Below are positions 50,020 to 62,271 of a stretch of DNA of 64,000 bases, piece after piece. The notes under the pieces were generated by a model, which was not told the origin of the DNA, ran no database searches, and was given only the letters and a program-made list of their open reading frames with translations. Made by a program: the position numbers and the translations under genes. Positions within the stretch are counted from its first letter, which is position 1. Each line of letters opens with the position of its first letter. The DNA comes from Utricularia gibba (taxonomy: Eukaryota > Plantae > Magnoliophyta). Location of the stretch: NCBI GenBank assembly GCA_002189035.1, contig NEEC01000012.1, forward strand, positions 2,914,001 to 2,978,000, written 5' to 3'.

Positions 50020-51143
50020 ATGGGAGATGTAGACCAGATATGGGATCCTGCAGAAATGGCGGAGACTTACAGCCGTAAGATTCCCTCGTCACCTTGCACA
50101 ATCGACCATTCTCTTCCCCTTGACGACCTGAAGCCGCGGATTGTGGAGGTATGTAGAGAGTTGTTTGGAAATTGGTCCGATTTGGACGAATCGCGGTGTT
50201 CTCTCGAAACGGTTTCTGGTGGAATCACGAATCTTCTGCTCAAGCTTACGGTAAGAGAAGAAAACGGGAGTCCTGTGACAGTGACCGTGAGGCTGTTCGG
50301 TCCGAATACTGAGTACGTCATAAATCGCGAAAGAGAACTTCAGGCAATTCCTCATCTGTCGGCTGCAGGATTTGGTGCTAAGTTGCTCGGTGTCTTTGGG
50401 AATGGGATGGTTCAGTCATTCATCAGTGCGCGTACTCTTAATCCTGTTGATATGAGGACGCCGAAACTTGCAGCGATGATTGCAAAACAGCTCCGTAAGT
50501 TTCATGGTGTTGAGGTCCCTGGTTCCAAGGAACCCAGCTCTGGAATGACATTTTCAAGTTCATGGCCAAAGCTTCAGTTCTCGAGTTTGATGATACTGAT
50601 AAGCAAAAGAAGTATGAGACGGTTTCATTTGATGAAATCAATGAAGAGATAGCTGAGCTCAAGAAGCTTACCGACCGCCTTGATGCTCCCGTTGTATATG
50701 CCCACAACGACCTGCTTTCTGGGAACTTGATGTTTGATGAAGAGAAGGATAAGCTTTACTTCATCGATTTTGAGTACGGATCGTATAGCTATAGAGGTTT
50801 CGACATTGGGAATCACTTCAATGAGTATGCTGGCTATGAATGTGACTACAGTTTATACCCGAGTAAAGAAGAGCAGTATTTCTTCTTCAGGAACTACTTG
50901 AGGCCTGAAAATCCAGATGAGGTTTCTGATGAAGAAATGGATGCTATATATGTGGAGACGAACACTTACATGCTTGCTTCACATCTGTACTGGGCAATCT
51001 GGGCGTTGATCCAGGCCAAAATGTCTCCCATCGTTTTTGACTATCTGGGCTACTTCTTTCTGCGGTACAACGAGTACAGGAAACTGAAGGAGAAGTGCTT
51101 TTCTTTAGCTCATAGGTATATGGAGAAATCTGCAAGAGGTTAA
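50020..51143 (+). CDS. Ethanolamine/choline kinase (CEK4-like), intronless, one apparent frameshift
   Basis: VSGGITNLL, VRLFGPNTEYVINRERE, AHNDLLSGN, FIDFEYGSY, ASHLYWAIWALIQA. ORFs 49975-50652 and 50562-51143 join as KEPQLWND if C3 at 50533-50535 is C4, giving 374 aa. Confidence 0.88.
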
Positions 51144-51300
51144 GAAGGTCTATCTTCTATGAAAGAAGATGCCACAGGTTCAAACTTCGGTTAGCATGAA
51201 TGTCTGTTATTGCCTAATAAGAAACTTTGTATCTTGGCTTTTATCCTTTGTCCATGTTCGTTTTCCTCTTGAAAGCGTGAAGTCATGATCTTTATCAGTA

Positions 51301-53285
51301 TCACAAAGATGAGTTTAGTACGGTTGATGCAGCAATCATGCTTGGTGTACATTGATGAGCTAACCCTCTGTTGCAACTTGCTCTTCCCAATGGATCAAGT
51401 AATGGTAAAAACCTATCAGCCATGCGAATCTGCTTCATACGGAGGCTTTCATCTTGCATCAAGTCCCTGTTACACAGCAGCACTCGCGTATTAGTTTTTA
51501 TAACATCAACTCGAAAAGACAGTTAGACTGTAAAAGTACAGATTTTTTTTTTCTTACATGAGTAATGGTGCTAGCTTTGCAGGTGTGCAGTCTCCAAAGA
51601 GAGCTTCAGGAATAATAGCCTCGTTTAGTAGGATATTGGGAAGTGAGATGTGTTGCACTTTGGCTTTATAGCGGATGAAAGCTTCTGTTAAGAAATGAGC
51701 CTTGTATGCAACAACACAGGGTAACCGTGCAAGCTGCAGTTCCACCGCCACAGTCCCGGATGCACATAATGCTATTCTACTTGCCTGCATCAAATCCATC
51801 CAGATCATAAGTTGCTTATCTTGTCGTTTTTTGAAGAAACAATTATTGCTTACATTGAAGGAGTCATATTTCATGCGAAGAGAACTGCCTGGAACGAATA
51901 GTACAGGAAGCGACCACTTAGAGACAGCATTGCTGATGTGCTTCTCCACATCTGGATTAGGTGCTACATGGATTACTGCCATCAGGTCTGAGGACTCATC
52001 AAGTTGTTCCAAGGTGGAAGCAAATATTGGAAGCATTCTTGTCACCTCTTGGAGTCTGCTCCCAGGAAGCACAGAAACTAATGTTGATTCTTGCAGTTGA
52101 AAAGTGCACAGGTGGTTAAGCATTGCTTTTTAAAAGAATGCATCATATTGACATCATCTTTACCAGAAGCAATCCCATGCTTCCGTCTGAATGCCTCCCC
52201 ATCGCCTTGGACTCTCCACTCCAGAGTTTCGTTAGTCTGCAAACTCTCTCCTCAGAGAACTCCCATTTTAGATGGAAAACCAGAATGTATATAAGCTTAA
52301 GGCTGCCTTTGGATCTGCTTCTGATATGGCAACTGAGATGCAGCCTAAAACCAGAACCAGAGGCACCCTTAATTCAATTGGGATGAATTCACCTCGAGGT
52401 CGAAAGCATCTTCGAGTGTTGGATGGCCAACGAACGTTGCAGTCAATCCATTTGCTCTACAGACCTGCTCCTCAAATGGAAGAATGCAGAAGATGTGGTC
52501 CACAACGTCCACCAATCCTTTAAGCCTTGCCTCCCCTCCTTTCCATGCCCAGAAAGAGGGAGCGACGTAGTGAAAATGTCGAGGACTGCTGCTTTTTTTG
52601 CAGTGAGCTGCAAAAACAACTTTCCTTTCACAGAAACAAAGTAGAATGACGAGGTTTCAGGAAGCAACCTTGACAGAGAAAATCTACCTCGTAGCTGTTT
52701 CAAGAAACGAAACGAGAATCCTTTGGAGTCTACAGTTAGCACAACATGGGCTGGAAAGTGAGAGCTGAATCCACAGTTTCTTTCAGTCGCTTCTGGATTT
52801 CTCAGTTATCACAGATCAGGAATCAACACAATGTAATACACAAATGAACAAGGCATTCAATTGAACTTCGCTCACCCTAAAGGTGTTCAAATATGGCAAG
52901 AGCTCCCATAAGCCCATCACTGAAATATCTTCCATTGGAAACAGAGTACTCAATCCTTGCTGCTTCATCATCCCCTATATTGCCAAAATATCCGCTCAGA
53001 GTGATCTCTTCCTTCACTTAATCGTTCATAAAGGAGAAACCTCTGTTTTCGTTTCCGGTGACTCATTCCTTACCCTCCGATACCGGCGAAACGAACGGGA
53101 GATGGAGACAGCTTAATCAATGATTTCATGAAACGTGAGGCGATAACGTCACCGGAGACTTCACCGGCAACAATGAACACTCTGAGTTCGCCTTCTTCCG
53201 ACGCCAGATTTCTCACATTTCGCCCACTGGTATGCAGCACTCGCCGTAGGACGCCGGGTTTCATCGTAACCCTCGCCGCGAGCAT
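51301..53285 (-). CDS. LPXB: Lipid-A-disaccharide synthase, plant mitochondrial type, one apparent frameshift
   Basis: Arg-rich presequence, FIVAGEVSGD, FPMEDISVMGLWELLP, VDSKGFSFR, HYVAPSFWAWKGGE, FVGHP, LLPGSRLQE, SGTVAVELQLARLPCVVAY, SLPNILL. G3 at 52748-52750 needs to be G4 (FQPHVVLTVD). Confidence 0.92.
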
Positions 53286-54359
53286 CGTCGACGCCGTAAA
53301 CACAGAAAAAGAACTTCAAACTGAGGGAGTTCTCACACACACACGAGAACGAATTCTCGAACAAACTTAAATACGTCCGTTTTAAATAATTTCTATTTCT
53401 AACAAAATGTTTTTATTATCATGAATAATATTTCAAGAAATATAAATTAGAAATACTTGTTAAAAATAACAAATTTCACTTACATTTTATTAAAATCAAA
53501 AAACATTTTTAAAAAGCGAAATCAATACAACCATTGTATAATCATATCAATCAGAACCGATTAATATTAACCATCGATTTAATTTCAAGATTTTTAAATA
53601 AAAAAACGAATAAACGAAACCAAAATATTTGAATGCGTGCATATAATATATGCTGAGATACCAAAGTGAGCAACAGCGGAGTTGATATGGGCTGGGGGAG
53701 CCATCCAAAGGTGTACAAGCTGGCACCGGGAGCCATGAGGCATCCGTACAGACGTTTTCTCCATGCCGAAGCAGAAGCAGCTGCAGCGTTTCAGCTGAAC
53801 TGCGGTGCTATAGAAAAACAGTGTGTACGCAGGAAAGCTTTCAATCCAAACAAACACCACTTTCATTATTTACCTACACAACCTGAGGTAGTGGCAGTGC
53901 CTCACCGGAGCTACGCCGGGATGAAATTAGTGTCAAAAATGGAGGACCTTGACAAAGCTGTATACCTTTTAAGAAAGGGAGGCTTGCACTGACGAGGTTC
54001 GTTGGAGAAGGGAGAAAATGCTTCTGGAACTGGGGCGTGGAGTTACATTAAGATTCAAACATCTTCTGAGTACAAGGCTTATTCCCATGCGCCAGAGGAT
54101 CGATTGCTGGAGTCTGGCCCGAGCTTCTTCATGTGTGTGTGTGTATATGCTTCCCTCGGAATTGCCTTGAGCATGAAAGGAAAAAAGAGAAGATGAGTAA
54201 TATATCCAACTCGATTTTGAATTATATCACTGTGCGCGAGAACACTCCATTCGAAATAATGAGGGAGAAAAGGATAAAAGCTTGTGCAGTAAGAGGCATC
54301 ACTCATGCAGGCTGGAACAAGGAAAGTAAACCATACCTTTGTTGAGGTTAAAATCAGAA

Positions 54360-57300
54360 TTATGTTGAAACCGTGCTATTTGCTAGAGAGGCTGCCAAAA
54401 AGTCCATTCTAATCAGCCAAAGTGCAACTGCGGAGTATGTATGAGGGAGGGTAGAAAAGTTGGAAATTATTTCCTTGAAATCACAGCATGAGCCCAGATT
54501 GTTTGAAAGGAACAATTCTGCTTTCATGGCTGCAACGAAATCGGCTAGGACCTGTGAAATTATGAATTAGATGGTTTTGAGTAATAATTTCAAACCTTGT
54601 GAGAGACAAGAATGATACGAGCAATGCAAAACCTGGAGAAACTCCTTCAAATTTGAGGTTCGCCGCAACCTGTTCACCCAGAGTTTTTGAGAATATCTTC
54701 TCCAAGAGTTCAAAAAGGCATTTTCTGGCATAGCTAACTGCAAACACATCATGCAAAATATCTGCTATCAAAATATGTGCTAATAAGCTAATTCTTACAC
54801 TAAAGAAGTCATCTTCTGGGAGCTTTTTTTAACTCAACAAATAAAACAAGCACTGAAATCACCTCAATCGCACAGATTGCAGCTTTAAGAGCTTGCAACT
54901 GTGCAGATAAAACTTTCTGCCTTCGGCAATTTTTACCGTCAACATTTGTTCGGCAAACTGCAGAATGAACAGCATATCGTTCCTCTATATCGAAATCAAG
55001 CTCAAACGTTGTATGGCAAAGGCTGCAATGCTTTTCATCTCTCCAATAAAGATCATGACACTGATAACATCTCCTTAGGAAGTCACGAGAAGACTTCCTC
55101 CCTTTTTTTACGGTGGTAAGTTCATGGTAAAAAGATTTCCATATATATGCACTGAAGACTTTGGCATCAACAGGTTTATGCGCCCGATGTTTTCCTCTCA
55201 GTGCTGTTTCACCAACACAGACAGCCCTAAAGGAGGAACCTTCATTTTGTGTCTCATTCGAGTTTGACTGGTTGTGGATATCTGACACTGGTGAAGAACT
55301 CTCTTCCCTGGAAATATTTACTTCAGATTCATCTGAATACACCAGTTGCTTGATCTCTGAATCATTTGGGGCGTTTGACATTTTTTCCATCAAGACTTCT
55401 TTTGCACCTTGCAGAGAGGCTAGAAGATGAGCCTCCCGAGCGCCCCTATTGTCAAGAGCCGAAATCAGAGCACACAAAGCCTGCATAGCAGGATATGTGT
55501 CAAATACCATGTTGAATTTAGGATCACCCTTAGCAAATAATAGGAAAAAGACGTAACAAACCTCTATGGTATCAATCATTTCCCAATGCCCATCCTCAGA
55601 AGATTCAAAATAAATCCTCCTGTGCCCAGGATCAAATTCATCACAAGGACCTAGAAACAACCAGTATCTATTGTATCTCCGATCTGAACCTAGAAAAATA
55701 GATTGCATTGGGTGCAGGTACTCCACAGCATCCATTTCTACTGAAATCCTTTTGGTGATGGCATGCTTCTCTTCCTCGCCAATTTTGGGCATTGGGGCAG
55801 AGGAGTCTATTGGCTGTTCTGATGTACTTCCATCAATCCAACCTGAGGTTTTCCCATGGAAGCTCTCAAACACCGAACTGCATTGACTTGCATTTGACCT
55901 TTTTAGTTTTGCCCCAAACCCACGTGAGGTACGAGAAATGCTTTCCAAATTTGATGCTACATTGTCCTGAAAAATTTACAAACATCCGGGTGCAATTGGA
56001 ATCATCAACGTTGTTTAAATCACAAGAAAAATAGTGCTGGTAAGCAAGCGTGCTGGGAAATCGTAGGCTTACCTCTTTTCCAATGCTGGATCCAGCACCA
56101 AGTAGATCAATCAATGAGGTTAAGCAGTTAAGCTTGTCTTCAATGCTTAGATCCGAATATTCACTCTCCGCAAGGCCTAACAGCCATACTTCTCCAGTAT
56201 AGCCCTCATCAATCTCATTACATGCTGCAGACATACTAATGTCACCAGCAGTAACCTTGGAAGGACTTGAACCTTCAGATTCATGCTCAATGTCATTTGC
56301 ATCATTTCCACCTGTCACTTCTGAAATATCATCCCCACTCCCAAAATCTTCAGAGTCAGAAATGTAGCCCCTGATTTCTCTTTGAACAGCATGGCCCCGT
56401 ACACGATATCCGGATGAATAAATCTTCTCGAACAATGTTACATCTCCAGAAAGAGTTGATGAGATTAGATTTTCGAGATCATCAGTAGTTTTTGTGAGGT
56501 TCAACTGCACAATCTTTAAAGAAAAAAATCTCAACCATGAGAGATGACAGTATTCACTAGGGGCACTATTGTGCTTGGGAAAACTAACATGGGGATAAAA
56601 GACTTACTGATGGAGATTTGGCTAAATCTGAAACTCCCATTCCACTTTGACCTTTGTTCAGCAATATAGAGAATAGCTCTCCCTTCAGAGTGCCAAAACT
56701 TAAGCCATACTTATCCATGAGACTTACTTCCTGAGGAGAGAAAGGATAAACAAAAATCCCTGTTATTTGCTCCAGATATTCTAGAGATCCATGAACGCTA
56801 TTCATTGAAAAGAATTTATCAGACATAAAAGCATTGCACCGTGCCTTTACAAACACCTCGAATATTGAGCACATATAGATCCATATTTGTATACAGATCC
56901 CATGGAAAAAAATTTGTAGAACAGCGAAGGGAGGGCACTATAGCATTCAATGAAGCATGTAATGGAATTCAAAGTAAGAGATGATGATAAAAATAATTGG
57001 GAAGAATCATATAGAAATCTGCTAATTAACACACCTTAACACAATCTGCCTTGTGGTCCACACCCAACTTGGAACCAAAACCAGCTCTGATAAACACCTG
57101 ACGCAGTATTTCACACCATGTCAGGTGATTCAATGAATTTTTCCAGAACTCTAGAACGTGAATGCTGCCATCAAGCTGAAAAAGCAAGTAAAAATATGTC
57201 AAAGAAGCACACAAAATTCAAAAATAAACTAATGAAATTTATCAAGACACTTAATCAACAGCATTAATAAGAAACCAAGAAAAAACGTAAGAAGAAACTT

Positions 57301-59867
57301 GAATTCACCTGGCAGCTATGAAGCTAAACAATTATACAATATCATTAAATTCACGAATACTCACTGAATGAAGCAAATTTAAAAACTTGCAATTTTTTAT
57401 TGCACGACGGTAAAATCCTCTTTTCAGCTCCTTTTCAATATCCAACAGCAGTAGCCTCAAAAGGGCGAGATGCACTTGGCCAAGTAACAACGAATTCTGA
57501 ATGGCAGAAAGAGAAACAGCGGAACAGGAAAAATTAGATTATGCATGTGCATCATATTCAGCTAAGCCAATAACAAAGCTAACCTGATCATTCATTGCTG
57601 CCTCAAAGTCATCCAGCGTGAATGAGCCAATACCAATGGTGATGGCGTATGTGCAGAGGAAATGAAAAGCCTCCAACATAGACATAGAAGATTGTTAACG
57701 GAGCTCATTAAATAGTCAAAAAGTATCCAATAAAGAAATGGAATAGTGTTAAGAGAGCTCATTAATAGTTACAATAAATTCATAAAGTAGTGCCTCCAAG
57801 TGGGCAATCATTCCTTACGGGTGCATGAACAAAAATCTATTTAATATAAGACGTCAGTAGACCAGACTGATGAGGACGTACACAAATAGCAGAACCCATA
57901 AAATCATACGTAAAATTGAAAAACACTAATAGAAAAAAAAACAAACAAACAAACATTGCAGTGTGAGAAGGTTTAAAGACAATGAGTTTAATGGTGAAAT
58001 GCCAAATTTAAACATGACAATATTTTTGAGGTACCTTAAAAAGTTTATTGGCTAGCTGTGCTGAGGAAGCCCAAGGTGGCATGGGCAAAGGTGGCTTCAT
58101 TGTAACAGATCTCGGAGGAAATTTTGACAATAAGCCTATTAAAAAAAGTTCATAAAACAGGTGAAAAGAAGGCGCACATAAACTCGGAAAATGATCACGC
58201 TCTCAGTAAACATGGCATTCAGTACGCCAAATCACACACCAAAGTATAAACTGCAACCAACTTAACCTTTACAAAGAGAACAGCCACGAGATCCAGTGGA
58301 TGGAAAATGAGCAGAACAAATGAACGCTTTTGACCCTGATTGTAATTCCATTAGCTCCAGTTCCTCATCATCTACAAGTATCGAGCGAAGTTCCATGTCG
58401 CCAATCCTTTTTATACAATCACTCGCCAATTCGCATTTCTCCATGCATGGAGCCTTCTTCTTCCCAACTTTCCGGTATTTCAGCTGCAACAGTACATCAG
58501 AAAATTAGCATAAGTCTAGGCAGCATAACAAAATATTACAAAATATTAAATTGCAAAAATTTACAAATGCAAATCGCATTTCAGGTTACATTGCTGCCTA
58601 AACAGACAAAAGAGGAAAGTATTATAAAAATAAAATAATTAGGAAACAAACCATAACAGACTCTTGCTTCATTCTTTTCTTCTTTCTGGCCAAACTATTG
58701 TCACAGTCAGCATGAGAGGTATCATCAGCCAGACAACGATTTTTTCCTTTAAAAAAGGTCATGAAACCCTTCCCAATGCCATGCCTTTCAGGACTCATAG
58801 CCATCAAAGTCATTAAGCCTTTTCCAGTGCTAGGTGTGACATCACGATTGGTCATTAGAGTCATTAGATCTTTACCAATCCCGTGCTTTCTCCTTGATGG
58901 AGCTTTTTGAGACATGAAACCTTTCCCCATACCATACTTCTTAATGGGATAACGTTTTTCAATCATGGGACCTTTTCCAAGGCCATGTCTTATGATAGGA
59001 GTGTTGTCAGCAAGACAAACTTCATTGGCTGACAGTCCAGGCAATGAAACCTAATGATCAAAAAATACATGAAATTCAACGGTCAGATAACTCACAATCT
59101 GGGTGCATGGTTGAACAAACATCCCGAGTATCAACCACATGCACAGCTACCTGTTTTCTATCACAGCCAGGCCCGTAATGATGATAGCGGGTTGTTCTGA
59201 GACCTAAAACATCACAGAAAAACAGTGAGAAACTCACTAAACAAGCTACCAAATCCATTCAATAACGAGGAACAATGTGCATAAAACAACTCTGTACAAC
59301 AACGCCTATACGACAGACTATCCCATTCGCACTCCCTGGCCCTCGTAGCAGCAGAGCACATTAAAAAGGATCAGTTGGTGGAAACATACTTGTAAACACA
59401 AACGAAAACCAAATGCAGAACTGGGTCTTTCACAATAGTCACACTATTTTTTCCACCACGACTCATTCCTTAGTTTAAAGAGCTAACTAGCATATATGAA
59501 TCAACGGAGAATCAAGTACGTCACAAGGAGAGCCATCGATTTTTACAATCAGAAGCAGGACATCTAATCAAATACTAATCTTTACAAATTAAACACTGAA
59601 AAATTGAAAAACCAACGCTAAAAACTGTCAGAAAACACAACAGCACATACGTCACTAATGGGAGAAGCATTGGATGGAGGGGATTAAAACTGACAACAGG
59701 TGGTCCGTCCTTACAATTTTTTGAGGAAATACACTCAGACTCCCCATAACTTCCTGAAGCCGTATCCTCCAATCCTGTTCACTCGAAACGCAATTCATAT
59801 TCTGCATGCGCTGCGGAACGCCAACATCCTCATCACTCCCGCAGTGATATTCCCCTACCGTAGCCAT
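54360..59867 (-). CDS. RLT3: RLT3-like DDT/WHIM chromatin protein (no homeodomain visible)
   Basis: KDGPP, repeated HGxGKGxM, DDT exons (KLFK|VFHFLCTYA, LLGQVHLALL), GELFSILL, WLLGLAESEYSDLSIEDKLNCL, LGSDRRYNRYWLFLGPC, CHDLYWRDEKHC, LRRTSNLKEFLQ|VLADFVAA. The 5' exons are uncertain. Confidence 0.88.
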
Positions 59868-60007
59868 TCCAAAGCCATCTGATTCGTCTACCTGGAGGTT
59901 GGCAATGTGCAGTTCATGAGAAATGGGAACCCTGTGCACTCACTCTCGGTCGTGGAGTCTTGCGACAAATGAAGTGAAGCAGGATCAGGGTTTAAAGATA
60001 TAACGAC

Positions 60008-60318
60008 TAGGGTTTTGTGCTGCACGGACAAAGCCGAAATATCTACCAACGGCCAGCCGGGTCGGACTCAATCGGGTTGATCACCCGCCACTAGCTCAAT
60101 TGTGCTCTTGAGTATTTTAAAAATGAATTTAATTATGTATTTGAATTATTTCGATAAATTAACCTCATTTGTTAATGTATTCATAGTTTGAATTAAATGA
60201 TTGAAATCATATTCTAAAGCACATTAAAATTTACCTTTTTGAAAATGATAAAAACCATTTTTCCCCTGGGCCCGGCTCTGTGCCCAGCCCAAAAATTACA
60301 GGTCCAAAGCTATGGGCC
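60008..60318 (-). promoter_or_regulatory. Telo-box plus site II elements of the RLT3-like promoter
   Basis: TAGGGTTT (AAACCCTA on the minus strand) at 60008-60015; TGGGCC at 60267-60272 and 60313-60318. Confidence 0.6.
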
Positions 60319-60345
60319 TAATCTATTCATACTTTTGTTTTCTAA

Positions 60346-60582
60346 AGCATTGTTTTGAAAAAAAATTTGAATCATATTTTTACTTTTCAAAATTACTTTT
60401 AAAAAGTATAAATAAAAAGTACAATTAACCAACTTTTTATTTTTTTAAAAATAACTTTTGTATTTATAATTTTAAAAGTGTTTTTGATAGAATTACTTTT
60501 ACAATTAAAAGTATTTTAGAACAAAACTATTTTTACTTTCGAAAAATAAAAATAGGTTTTAAAAAATTTTCAGAACACTCCC
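60346..60582. mobile_element. Degenerate Tourist/PIF-Harbinger-like MITE (about 237 bp)
   Basis: TAA on both sides (60343-60345, 60583-60585). Imperfect terminal inverted repeat of about 55 bp: agcattgttttgaaaa vs gggagtgttctgaaaa (12/16), then tatttttacttttcaaaatta vs tatttttatttttcgaaagta (18/21). AT-rich and non-coding. Confidence 0.6.
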
Positions 60583-62271
60583 TAAATTTGTATTTTTTAT
60601 TAAAAAATTGCTCTAGATAAATCTCATATCGATTATAAATGAATGAGAATATGAGATTAAGTCGAATAACTATACAAATCTCATATTGGTAGAAACTCTT
60701 TAGTTAATTATATTTGATCTTGAGTAATTTAAGTATGGATGATCTTTTGAAAAGTCAGATCAAAGATGAAAAAAGTATTAAATTATAAAAATTAGATGTT
60801 CAAAACGAACACTATCTTATAATAAAAACACCGTTCATTATAAACATGTGCCATGACCCGACATGCCTAAACTTTTTTGGTAGACGGCCGTGAGGGACAT
60901 GCCTACCTAAATATAGGTAAGTGGATATTTATGGAATATTATTATTAATTTAATTATTAAAAATCATATAATAAAATCAATTCTCATACCAAAATAAACT
61001 ATGAGTGCAAATGCGTCACAATTGAACAATGAAGTTAAATGATGCGAATCGAACATAATTTCACTCTTTTTTTAAAAAAAATAGAATTTAATTTCTATAA
61101 TATCCAGGAATCTCAACTCGGTCCAATCCGAGTGTTTGGAGTTTTTAGGGCAGGATGGTTGACACACGGAAGAAGCACTTGTCATCACCACCCCACTCAC
61201 AGGGGTATAAATGGAAATGACGGCGTTTAATATTACGGTATTAAATTTTTTAATTTAATGTATAAAAAAAGGAGAAGTAGGGCTATTTTTGTAAATAATT
61301 ATTGGGAATTATGGGGTTTGGGGATTTTATTTAATCAATTTTTTAAAAATTGAAATTGAGTTTAACTGGTTTTTTTGGGACAAGTGGAAATTGAAACGGA
61401 CAAATGGAAATTGGTCGGATTTAATGGGTTTTGGTGTGGGTTTTTAGCTCCCCGCCTGCTATTGTCGCTGGCATTTGCATTAACTTCAGGTTTCTTGAAT
61501 TATTTGGTCACCTGGGGACAGCGCAAAGTTCCAATTCCGTTCATGCAGACCTCTCTTTTCGTGAACGGAGCTTGCGTCCGTAACTGACCCCATTGCATTC
61601 ATAGTAGTCTTCCGATTGAAACCACCCATCGGATACCGGCCGGAGCATTGGTTTGTGATCTTTCTCGGTAGATTTTGCTTTCTGGACAACAGTGGCAGGT
61701 ATACACTAGGTGGATTTCCTGTTTTTCCCCTGTTTACTCCGTACAGTTTTCATCTTTGTGCTCTGCATGTCTTAAGATTCATTCGTCATCGCAATTTGTG
61801 TGGTTCTGCTGGAAAAAATCTGGCCTTTTCGGGACCCACATCGAGGTATGTGTTGCGCTTTTTATGTGTATGGGAATTGAGACCAGTTTATCCGGTGACT
61901 CCGAATTGAGATTCATGGGGTACGCTGCTTCCCCAAGCTGCATGCTCCTTGGGTCTGGTTACACTAAAATCCACGGAGAATACCTGAGCTCCGTGGTGGG
62001 TCGGAGGAATTGGCGGTGTTCATCATTTTGGAGCAACGTATCTTTTGATATAGAAAAACAAAGTGCAACTTTTCATCTTATATCTTCTTCTTCAACCTTT
62101 AAAAACTGCTTTTTTATCATTTTTTAGCAGTTATTTATCAGGAATGAAGATTTTGGTTTGGTGTGGAGTTCGCTTAGCGCTGTTTCGTATGACAAGTTGT
62201 ATTTATCCTGTGATTATGCCTCTGTTTATTGTGTTTAAATTTGCATGTCTTTCTTTTTGTTAGTGAACACG

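Noticed and set aside
50020-53285. Functional cluster linking ethanolamine kinase with lipid A synthesis (phosphoethanolamine-modified lipid A)
   Set aside because: Bacterial EptA uses phosphatidylethanolamine and no transferase is present; adjacency in a eukaryote is weak evidence.
60840-60920. Repeated gacatgcct in the spacer as a transposon end
   Set aside because: Too short, and no second terminus was found.
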